Assembly: GCA_002269645.1 (NCBI GenBank)
Contig: NIVC01002756.1
Coordinates: forward strand, 1 to 35,454
From: Macrostomum lignano
Lineage: Eukaryota
Reading direction: 5' to 3'
Length of the DNA: 35,454 nt
Shown here piece after piece: positions 10,084 through 22,000 of the stretch. Within the stretch, counting starts at the first letter, position 1, and each line of letters begins with the position of its first letter. The position numbers and the translations under genes were made by a program. The notes beneath the pieces were generated by a model that was not told the origin of the DNA, ran no database searches, and saw nothing but the letters and a program-made list of their open reading frames with translations.

Positions 10084-13000
10084 CTAAAATTAAAAAAAGG
10101 TTAATTCGTTTTTTGAAAATTAGTGGGTAAACTCGACTTAACTGGAAGCGATATCATAAACAGTAAACAAACCAAGACTCACCTGCTGATGCATCAAATC
10201 GCTCAGCTCAAACAGCTCCAAGTCTGACAGTTCCACACCGGCTTCACTTGTTGGACCCGCCTCAAGCCGTTTTAGACGGGCCGGCAGATGCAGAGGCTTG
10301 CCTTGCTTTTGTTGCCTCGATCCGCCTCGCAGAAGGCGACGAACGCAAGCACTTCGAAGATTGCGCAGCACAGTCGGAAGTTGATCTTCTGGCAGACCGT
10401 TTAGCAAACGTTGCGCTTTGTTAACCGCGGCTGTACTGTCGTTTGAGTCGCTCGAAGCAAATGGACTATAGCTGCTGGGTGAGTTGCTAACTATGGCCTC
10501 TCGAATTTTCACTCGCGATTGGGCAAAAACAGTCTGCTCAGCTTCCTCTAGAAGCGACAGTGTCTGAAAATTGTACAAAAAAACTATTTTTTCAAGGCTT
10601 CGATTTATTTATTCATAAACTAATTGCTTGTTAGGGCTGTTCCAAACAATGTTTTATATTCGTCGTGTAAATATATAAAGTTATACTCGTTTTACAGTCG
10701 AATGAGTTATGTACAAGAACTGAACAACTTTAAATTGAAATAACTATAGGGGGCACGTTAACGAAACTCAACAGAACACATATTACAATAGACCTATACT
10801 TGTACGATACAATACAGTATAATACGAGCGTACAATAAAGTACAAGAATTTTATTTACTGGTTCAAAGACGGTCTAACAACTCCCCAAGTCCTGCATGCT
10901 GAGAAATGCTGGCTCGAACTATAGTAAGGTGGACACAAACAAGAACTAAAGACAATGTGCAAGGACACTAAATGCAGTTGGACCAACTGTCTATTGTGCA
11001 GGATTTTGTCGAACATATGTGCTCGATATATTAGAGAGGAAAGTTCTACCAGGTTCTTCTGGCACTACTGGTACTTAATCTATTATATGAAGCTCCCATA
11101 ACTACTAGTGAATGGACAAGCTAGCTCTATAATTAAACTAACGGAGAGAAATAAGACCCCAACAGAAGCAGATAAGAACAGAATAGCGTAAAAATTGTTT
11201 CTAGAGCAGAGCTCAAAGATCTGATTATTCTGTTAGGCGCATTCTAAGCCTAGATGATAAGCAGGGTCGGATTTAGGGGGGGGGGGCGCCCTCCCAAAAA
11301 TAGCTTGAGCAAACATATTGCACCCCTCAAAAGCCTAACCTAAATTTGATTTTTCGCCCCCAAACGCCTTTTTTGCGCCCCCAAGCTTGATTTTTTGCCC
11401 CATACGCGCATTTTTGCGCCCCTAAGCTTGTTTTTCGCCCCTAAACGCATTTTTTGCTCCCCCTAGCTTTAAGATTGGCGCCCCTTACACTCGTGTTGGC
11501 GCCCCAAACTTGGACCGCCGCCCCCCCCCCAAAATGAAAATCTAGATCCGCCACTGATGATAAGCAAGGTTTTGCCCAATAAATTCAGACTAGAGTCGTG
11601 TTTTATAAATCGGATGAATGAATTATTACATAGGGGCAGATACGAGGTTATTGATTATAACTCATTAGTGCATTACTAATGAAATGCTTATAAATTACAG
11701 TAAAATAAAAAAATCACCTGATTAAACTTCACATTTGCCAGAATTTCGGTGCCCACGACTCCAATACAAGAGAGGTATTCAGCAAGGCCGAGGTTTTCAG
11801 TTGATTCCCCTGCCGAAATCTCGAGCCGACGTCGCACAAATCGCAGGGCGGTACAGCAGAGCTCCACCACCCGCGACGCGTGTCCGGCATCTTCGCGACA
11901 GTTTCTTTCGAATTCGGCAACATTGGCTTCAGTCAATGGCGCTGGTGTTACAACAGCCTTAAAGTTGGTCGCGAGGTCATCGATCGTTGCTTCATCTAGA
12001 GACCCAGATGATGCTGCTTCTATCCCGCATGACGGCTCCATTGTTGGTACCCACGGGTCAGCTCGGCCGAAATGAGCTCGTCCTGCTGCTAAAAGTTTTC
12101 GCGATATCAACGAAGTCAGCAGGTCCCAGTCTGTTTCGGTATCGAAAGATGGGGGCACGCGATGGCAAGCAAGACGCGTTAAATCGTTCAGCTCCTCCTG
12201 GGAGCACGCTGGGATGTCGTCTGGCCGGGTAATGACATTCGCCTCGCCCATCATGCAAGCAACTTGCGAGCCACCATCGCTAACCGCAAGTTCTACCGGG
12301 ATGCCATCCCGAAGGCGAAGGAGTGCAGCTGCAGTTAGAACATGGTTCACGTCTTTGACAGCTGCTTGAACAAGACGCAGTGCCTCAGACGATTCTGTTA
12401 GAAGGCCGAGACTTGCTCGCTGATCAATCGTATAAGGACACAATGCATTACTTTCATCAAAACTGAGAACGTTCCATGCAGCTTGGGCAGCATTCAGCAG
12501 TTTTCTCTTTTCCTCAACATTTTTTATTATTTCCTTTACTGTGACGCTGTGCACTATGTCAAGCGAAGCAATCAACAGCTGATGATAACGGATGAGATTA
12601 CTTGCATGTAGCATTCGGTCAAAGACGGTTGCATTTTCCAACAATAAACCGGCTAGCCGACGCCAGCCTAAACAGTGGGGCTGCCGATCAGGCTGAGCAG
12701 AGAGTATTTCGCAATCAAATAGCAACATTACTTCGCTTACACCTGTCGGTGGCAGTAGAGTGGATGTCTCCTCGCCGAATTCCGATTCATCAATAGAGTC
12801 AATTAGACGCGCATATGCAAATGAATTTTTGCTTTGCTCATCAAATTTGCTCGCTCTTTCATCCAGACGTTTCCGTTTGAACTTCTGAACACTAGCGCGT
12901 CTTTGCATAACGTATGTTGAAACATGTTTCAATAGAAGTTCCGGTGATTGGTTAAAAAACGGTCGCTCGGAGTCACTTTCTCCGGTCAAGATGGCATGCA

Positions 13001-16000
13001 TTAGCCAAGTAGTCTCTTCCCACGAGAGACTAAGACATTTGCGCAAATTGTCAAATTGCTTCTCCAAGTTAAAAGACGATGCTATTTCGGCATTGAGAGA
13101 CTGATCTGAATTTTTAGAGTCAATCAAGACTGCTGCAAAAAGGCAACTCAAAAATTTGAGTATAGAATACATATTTTCAGTCAAACATTTGTTCGGCAGG
13201 TCAATGATTTCCTCTCGCAGGTCACTGGTCCAATCCGAGTCGCAATACTGGCACGGATACGTCAAGCTAATATCGTCGGGACAGCTTTGAAACACACAAA
13301 CGCAGTTGCACAATGAACAACGTCGTACCATTGCCACGTTGCGTTCATTCTCACAAAGGTCAAATATCTTTTCGAATCCATCGTCACATTCCAGTAGCAT
13401 TCGGTTAATTCTGTCGATAACACTCCCTTCACAGAACGGGACATTACTAGCCAGCAGCTGAAGCAGGCATGTCTGATACAATGTAATCAGGCAAACATTT
13501 TCACTAGTGCTTTGGGGAGTTGAATTCAAGCATTGGACCAAGCTGTCACGATTTCCGCACAATAGTCGTATTATATGGCTACGAAGCGGTTTTAAATTTA
13601 CTTGGAAGCAGTACTCAATTTCACTCGTTAAATTTTTCTCAGAGCTTCGAAGATTTCTATTTGTCCTTAAAAGCCCAACAAGTTCGACATAAGCTCCCAT
13701 GAATTCAGCCGTCCTGAGACACATCTGCGCTTCGGATCGTTCTTCGGAAATTTTTTGAACCAGATGTCTGACACCTCGATTATCTGAATTTTCCACAGCA
13801 TGGGTTAAGCAATTTATCACGTTGCAGCAAAACTCTGCATCGATCCACACAACGAATGGATATCGAAGAGAGTAATTAGCGATAAATACTGCTTCTTGGC
13901 CAAAACTGAGAATCAAATCTCTTCTAAGGCAGTTCAAATTTGACACTACACTGTCGAATTTCAAAATCCGTTCAACTTCCTCAAGTGTGTAGCGCGTTCT
14001 TAAGGTGCGAAGAAAGACGATCCACACAGGGTGACGCGAGTTCGCCCTGACCAATTTGTTCAATCGTATCAAAATCTCTTCCTGGTTTACTCCAAAGCAA
14101 TCGAAGTCGTTAAAAAGTAGGCGCGATTTTTGAACTGACAATTGAAACAATTTCAGCGTGTCTTTCATGCCAATAAGTTCTTCGAAATCCATTTTCGCTA
14201 AGCAGTCAATTTTGGGACTGATGTCATCCATAAAGTCAATAACATCTCTTGCGGTTTCATCTGTTTGCGAGTCTGGAAAGCTTTCGAGGAGGGTGAACTT
14301 AATTCCATTAATAGTCTTCTTTGGTGCAGAGTCTACAATATTTTCAAAAAGCTCCAGAAGATCTTTGCGTGATTTGATGATCTTTTCCCATGGTATTGCA
14401 ACGAAGCACATGGGCAGGTATCCTTCGGAAATCTTTCGAACTATATCCTCTAACAGGGCCTCATCAATATTTTCCATTGAAAGAAAAGAGTGGTAAAACG
14501 ACACCTCCATTGAAAGATATGTCTTATTCTCATCGCTCCCAGATGCTACAATGCCAGAGTTCCTCAGTGCACTAGTTGAGATATCTCGCCAAAGACGAAG
14601 TAGTTCCGTCGGCGTACTTTTATTCATTGTATCAGGAAGTTCAATCTCGCTTCTTTCGATCTCCTGCCAAATCGCTTTATCATTTTCTGAACTAAGAAAC
14701 ATGCTGAAGAACCTGAACAGCGCTTATAGTTTAGGGACGCAACTAAGAGCATTGTTTGTCCTTGACCTGAGCGTGCCGAGGCAGCTAGTGGGAACACGCA
14801 GCCAATCAGAAATGCTTGTTATCTGCAAAAGAGAGTAGGTTGCTTTTTCTGGTATCAACAAACAGAGCATGGAATTCAAAGCTTCCAAAATGCAATCGTT
14901 GCTGGCGTCTGAGGATTCCAAGTCAGCATGAATACTTGAAGAAACTTGCAGAGCTATCTCACTCGCTTGCTCAGCTGCAATGGTCTGCACGTGATGGTTT
15001 ACGTTAATCAGGTCAGAAAAAATTTCTTGGTATTTACGAGAAACAGAAAAAATTGTAAATACTGCTTCGTCTATACTGTTGCACTGATCAATCTGCTTGC
15101 TCATTATCTTCAGAAGGCTGTCGGTTCGGTCGACAGAGCAAAAATGGTACGAGAGCAGGCAGATAAAGTCTTTATAAACATCACTGTCGGGGGACATTGC
15201 TTCAGTTGTAAATACCCTGCCGAGTATACTTGAGAATTCTTTTAGAAAACTTTCCCTGTCATCAGATTTATTTTGGAATATCTGGCAAGCGAAATCAAAC
15301 AGGAATGGACTGATAGGATAAGTCAGCTTCCGAATGCACTGAACTCTTGATATTCTTTCAAAGTGTGGATCTGACAAGATTTTCTCGAGTACCAGCGGTA
15401 AAGCTTTGATTGTAATATCACTTGGAGACTCGATAAAAGCTAAGAGGCCGAACTCCTCCATCAGTTTTAGAATCTCAGTAAGATTATACCTGTACTTTAG
15501 CTTCAATTTTTGCACGACAAAGTCTGAGAAGGAAGCAAAGTTCGCCAGCTGTACTGTTTCAAGTGACTGTCTGCTAATCCAATTCTCCTGACTGAATATA
15601 CTTTTCTCAGAAAGAGCTGGTTTTATGTACTTGTTAGTAATAAAGCTTATCAATGTGGATTTTAAACTTGAATCATCTCGAAGAGCATCTGAAACTCTCT
15701 GGTACAAATCAGAACTGCGCAAAGCTTCAGACAGAGACTTCGGCACTGCTTCTCTGTGAACTAATTGCAAGAAGGTCTCATTCGGGTCAAGAATCTTCGA
15801 TGAATCAGTTAAATCGACTAAAGACTTTAAGTCTAATGTAGCATTCCAATTTAGTTCCTCCACACAGTACAACGACCACGAGGACATCAATGGGTTCCAT
15901 TTCCACGAGGAGCACACGCCACTTTCTAAGTCCTCTTGCTGCAAGTGCACAATAAATACAATCACCTTTTCAGAACGAATTTGAAAATCGTGACCGTCGC

Positions 16001-19000
16001 ATAGACCATCAATCAGACATCGTGCGTGCAAAATATGACGGGCATCGAGCGAAGGCTTTGTTCTAATAAGAAGAATGCCATCTTTGTCTCTTTTAAGAAA
16101 CGTTTTTAGAGAGCCGAGAAGGTCGCTTTCTTGGCGAAAATCAATTAGTCGTTGCTCAGTGACTTCAAAATTTTCAAAGTCATGCAGCTTTTGAATCGAT
16201 CGATAAAGCGAAAACCGCGTATAAATATACAATCGTTTTACTGGTTCAGATACTTCTTTCATGGCCATTCTGAGTGCTTCGTCAAGGTCTTTAAATAGGC
16301 AGTGGCTAAAGTAATGCTGCTGAAACTCCTGATTCTGAGCGGTTTCTCCTTGTTCTGTATAGGACACTCGAAGAACAGCATCTGGAAACATATGCTTGGA
16401 CATTAGGTATATTATGTCACGCTCTGCTTTGCTGCGATGACTGCTTGAATTACGTAAGCTTTCAAACAGATAAGAAGGAACCAGGTGCTTATCAAAACCT
16501 TGAATTGTGTCTACCAGCTTGACTTTCAATGACAAAGATGGAGTGCTTACGACACAAAAGCTCTGTAATAGATTTTCTATTTTTTCTTTAGTATCAATGA
16601 GATCCATAGATTTGAGTTTCTCTTGAAAGCAAAGCAACTGTTTCTCAAACCTGTTCAGAAAAGGTGGATCCAACTGACTCACGCGGGCTTTCTCAACCAG
16701 AACAATGCATCTAAAATTCTCGTGAACGGCGCAATTCTGATTGGCCTGAATTCCCATCGCAACTCGACAATATTTGCGTCCAGCATACTCGGAATAGTTT
16801 TGATTGAGCATGTCATACAAGCTGCCATAAATCAAATCGAAATCTTTCAAGATCAGCGTGGTGCCCTCTTCCATGCAGGACATTACTTCGTTGAGCTTTC
16901 TGCAAGAAAATTCATCGGAAAACTGGTCCCTTTCGTACAAGCTGCCGTGGATTATTCTAAAGTTTCTCTTTGAATGACGCAGTATTTTGCACAGCAGATC
17001 AAGGCAGAATTCACCGTCGCACACCAGCATCAAATGCCGTGCTTTCGGATCCGACAAATTTTGCGATATTAACTGCTCCATTTTGGACTCAGTTTTACTC
17101 GAAGATCGATTATTAGCCGATTTCCACTCGGGGAAAACGGCCGCGAATTCTTTCAGAACAGATTTTAACAAAAACGAGTGACCATTGAAATTACGCAATA
17201 TGCCCTCTTGTATGGCGTCAGGAACAGCCTTGGAATTTTGGATTTTATCGCAGATATATTTTAGAAGATAATAATAGTCACGCAAGCCGTGAAAATTTTC
17301 TGGCGATTGGTCTTTAAAGTGTCGATACGACGCGGTGGCAATTTTTCTAAGGACCTTATCGTCAATGGATTTCAAAGTTTTTTTGCTGCTTTCTGAGCAT
17401 ATTGCCTGTCCAGTACTGAATAGCTCTTCCTCATTCATTTCTGGGCGTGATATATAAATAGCTCGGTTCATTTTAGCTGGATCAAGAGCCCAGTTTGAGA
17501 CGCCGACGACGGATACTTTGCTTCTACAGTTCAAAGAAGACTCCGGCTCCAGTAAGCCATGCAGAACCTTCAGCGGATTGAATCTCGATTTTTCTGCCAA
17601 ACCAATTTCGTCGATTAACACGACGGGGTTAAACTTAGATTTGCCTTCCATTTTGCTTTTCTCTGCTTTTTTAAACACTTTGATGATGCCATCGGAAGTG
17701 CTGGTTTCGGAGCCCTGGTAGCTAAAGAATCTCAATGGAGGGAACTGTTGAAGCAGTTTATTGACGGAATCTTCACCTCTAAGATTGCTGCGCACAATGT
17801 TCATTGCCAGTGACTTTGAGCAACCAGGCTTGCCGATAAGAAAAACAGGAATCTGACAATATATGCAGCTGAATATAACAAATACGTTCTCTCGAAGAGC
17901 AAGATTCTTAGCTGTCTTGCTTGGAATCGTCATTCTGTTGAGTAAATCGAGCTCTTCCTTTTCAAACATTTCAATCATTTCTTTGGTCGTCAATTCCGTA
18001 TATTGCTCAAGAATGCTGAGAAAGCGTTTTCGCATCGTGGAATCCATGAGTCTAACGTAATAGCAGATGTAAAGGCCAAAAAGCCATGCGCGTTGAGTTG
18101 AGCCATACGATTGTTGGCTGGCTTTATCGATGAGCTCTTTTCGACTAAAGTAATCGGTAAAAAAAATAAAAAATTCACAAAAGCGCCGGATATCCCTCAA
18201 ACTGACTGTAAACTCAACGTCATCTAGACTTCGAATAAATTTCTGTGCCTCTGAAAGTGAAGCAACTATGTTGTCGATTTGAGCTTTTGAAGCTTTGCTG
18301 AATAGTTCACCTATCATTCTGCGAATATAAACCAGCTCATCATTCTCAGTCAGGCGGCCGAAGTCCCACACTAATTCCAGCATAGATTCTGGCAGCGGGT
18401 TTACTCGATACACTAATCCTGCCATTTTATCGTCGAGCTCTCTGATCTCAAATCCAGCCGACTGGACGGTACATTTTCGAAGGATGTACGGATTGCAAGC
18501 CACAATAAACCTCAGATTGCTGGGAAGCTGACGACTTTGAAGCTTCTTGTGGCAGACAACTTCTTTGAGTAATCCAAGATGCTCGCAAGTGTTTACCTCA
18601 TCTAAAAACACTAAAACGGTGCCTTCACGGTTTAAGGATTCAGCAAACTGTTTTGTGAGACTATAAGCCACTTTTTCTGCCTTCGATATGAACTCATTGA
18701 CTTCAGCTTCCGTAATGCCAGCATGGAAGTTCATCACACGTAATTGGCAGTTTTTAGCAGCAGCCAAATAGCGAACGAGACTGGTTTTTCCGCATCCTGT
18801 TTCTCCAATGAGTACCACTGGTACATCGGCATCGAGGCGAAGATTAATTAGAATCATTTTCAAAAAGTTGTCCGCAGTCAACACATAGCTTTTAGGCATG
18901 CTACGAGTATCGTGCGTGCCAGCCCTCGGTAAATCGGCCACAATTCTTACCAACTTCTCTTGCAGAGTAGTCTCTGCCATGTGCTTAAATTCAACAAGCT

Positions 19001-22000
19001 GTTTTGACGAGGCACTCTCAAACAGTTCCATAATTTCCGGCTTTACATCGGAATGATTTTGGAAAATTAGCTCCACAGTTGATGTGTCCTGGTTCATGAA
19101 GACAGGAAATACGTATGCAAACTGCTCCCAGCAGATCAGTCCTGCTAAGCTAGATTTCTCCCGTTCATTGCCGCGCTCTCGGCTCTCGGTTTGCTGGGCC
19201 CTAATTGAAGACACAGACTTGAGCGACAGTTGAAGCGTGGATTGCATTATCAGATTTACCATTTTGCTTCGCATTCCTGTTTTTCCAATAAGACGAATGC
19301 CTCTCAAACTAAAGTAAGGGCTTGACGTGAATCTTTTCAGTTGCTCACCGAGGATTCTAATGCAAATCTCAAGCCCTAGAAACGAAACGAAATCGATCGG
19401 TTTTGTTCCGTCGTCGAGAGGTCTGCTGAAAAAGTCAATCAGAAGTTTAACGCATTTCTGTCGAGTGATAACCTCAACCGGACTTATTTCAAGTACATCT
19501 ATTTTGTTTTCGTTGGCAAGCTTCAGGTACTTGCACACAACTTGGATATGCGACATTGGCTCGATGGATACGACAATATTCTGCATATTTTCCCAAGCGC
19601 ACTTGGAGTCTGAAAGTCGAGAGAAAATGGAAAATCCGTCAAAGAGCTCATCACTTGAAGTATTCGCTATTTCCAGATAAATTTTGCGCGGCCTAAAAGC
19701 AACAACGCATTGCGGCGTAGAAATAGCGTTGCAAAGGGACATTTCAAAAAGAATAGCTTCTAAGTACTCTGGATTCTGTATAACTCCAATATCAAAGTGG
19801 ATTACACTGCTGTCCATAGCCCCGATCGAGATAAGTTTCTTGATCAGTGCATCCTTGTCGATGGATCCGCTAACATGGATTTGAACTTGTCGGTCTTGGC
19901 TTCTAAACAAATGCGCCACGATTTTTTCCGACTTTCCAACAGATGGTCGATCAGATGAGCAGAAGAAGACGTCATTGAAGCATTCTTTAACCAATCGGTT
20001 AAGTTTTTCATTAGCAGGCGCTATAGGCTTAACGACACAGTTGCCAAAAGCAGTAAACAGAAGATGCGAATCTGCCGCGCGGCAAAAAATGGATATGCGT
20101 CCTTTGTTTTTGCAAAATGTCTGTTCACTGAGTTCAGAAACAAGGGCGTACAGCACATTCTGTTTTAGGTTCTGCGCGTCCAGAATGAAAATGGCCCTCT
20201 CTGGAATTTCGGGAGCCCTCTTGACGGCAAGGACAACTTCCTCAGAAGTTGTTTGCTGAGAGCAGAAGACAATTTCGCTGATCCAAGGCGCTTCTTTTTG
20301 GCTACTAATGCAAACATGTAGAAATGTGCTGAGCAAATCCTTATCTGAGGGTTGCATTTTGTAGATCACAAGTTTCCCAGCTGGAATGCACATATCTTTA
20401 TTTCCTAAATTACTGAGATGCTCTAAATTTCGCGGTTTTATCTTTTTCATCTTCTCAAGTTTTAAAAACATTTGTTTCAGCATTCCAGTTAGACATGCGT
20501 TCTGGTCGTCTAGAGAACCTAGGCCACGTAGTCTGTCGTATTCCGTATTCTTTCCTAAGCTGATTGATTGAATGGAATTTTTATCAATTCTCATGTAGTA
20601 AAGAATGCTTTTCACTCTCTGGATATCGTGATGACTGAAGAAATACAGAAGCAACTGCACAAGGCTAGGACCAAGAACATAGTTTGCAATTGGATGTTCA
20701 TCCCTCAGCGATGAAAGCAAGGTCTCCCAAGAGCTTTCCGTTGAGTTTAGCAAAGTACCGTATTCAGCTAGCTGGCTAGTTTTTTTACGGATCGTGACTT
20801 CTTCGAATAGCGGATGACCCGATTGTACGAGTCTTTGCAGAGTTTCTAAGGCAGACTCCAGCAAGTCAATTAGAGTTACAAAGCTTTGCAGAGCATCATT
20901 TTCTAGGTTGGAATTACCTGAATTTTGATGAGTATTTTTCGACAAAAGTATTCTTGACCGATGCTCGATCAATTCAGTTAGAGTGAGGTCCATGTTGTCA
21001 GAGTGTACGAACCAGCATTTCACATTACCACAATCGTCAATTTCAATTCCAAATTCGGCGGTGTCAACCTGCTCCGCAAATTCTTTTGCAAGCTTTTTAG
21101 ACGTAGTTCCTCGAGATCCAAGACTTGCGTGCAGCTTTTTAATTGAATTTATGTTGCTTTGACACTCATCAATGCGATCGATGAGAGTCTTAGCGCACGA
21201 GTCAAGTCGCGGCTCTTCTGATGATGAGCTATGATAGGTGATTGACTGCTCCAAAGACTCCAGTAAACTGCGTGCGGCACAAGGGAGATTTGTTAGATTC
21301 AGCAGAAAGTGTTTCAATGCGTTCTGTAGCGAAATAAGCGAATTTATTACAGACGGGCTCATGTCATTAGTTGCACTGTCATCTGTGTTGTCTAGCAGCT
21401 GCTGTAGATCAGAATTTTTCTGTTCATATAGAAATTGAACAACATCCTTGCAGTCTTTCAATTTTTCCAGAATACGCCAAATGTTTGGATTGATATTTCT
21501 AATTGTTGCAAGGTCGTTGTAGAACAGTTCGATGTAATCTCCAAGTGTGGGATCTTTCTGTTGCAAAAAAATTACCATTGCGTTGCTTTCCTTGTCCCTC
21601 TGCGGTCTGCTCACAGTCCGGCAGAACTCGCAGCCGTCGGTTCGTTTATTCAGTTTTGTACTGGTGTCTTTCTCGAGAAATTTGTGGGCAAAAAAGTGCA
21701 GAGTCTCAAGGCATCTTGTCCAGCCAGATCTCTCTTTAACACTTCTAAGTATCTCGAGTTTGCTTCGCAATGGTGGGCCACTGTTGGTACTTAAAAATTT
21801 CTCGGCAGTTTGAATTTCTAATTCAAAGTCAATTTCACCCTCTTGAATGTGTCTTTCAATTTGCTCGACCTTTGAATTACGGTGATAAAGCAATGTCCAA
21901 AATTTTGCGTAAGATTTCACAGCCTGCGGCAAGTGCTTCTCCAAAATTTCAGTGCAGCTAAGAGACATGTGCTTGAGTGGCGCTTCTTTTGCGCTGCTTA

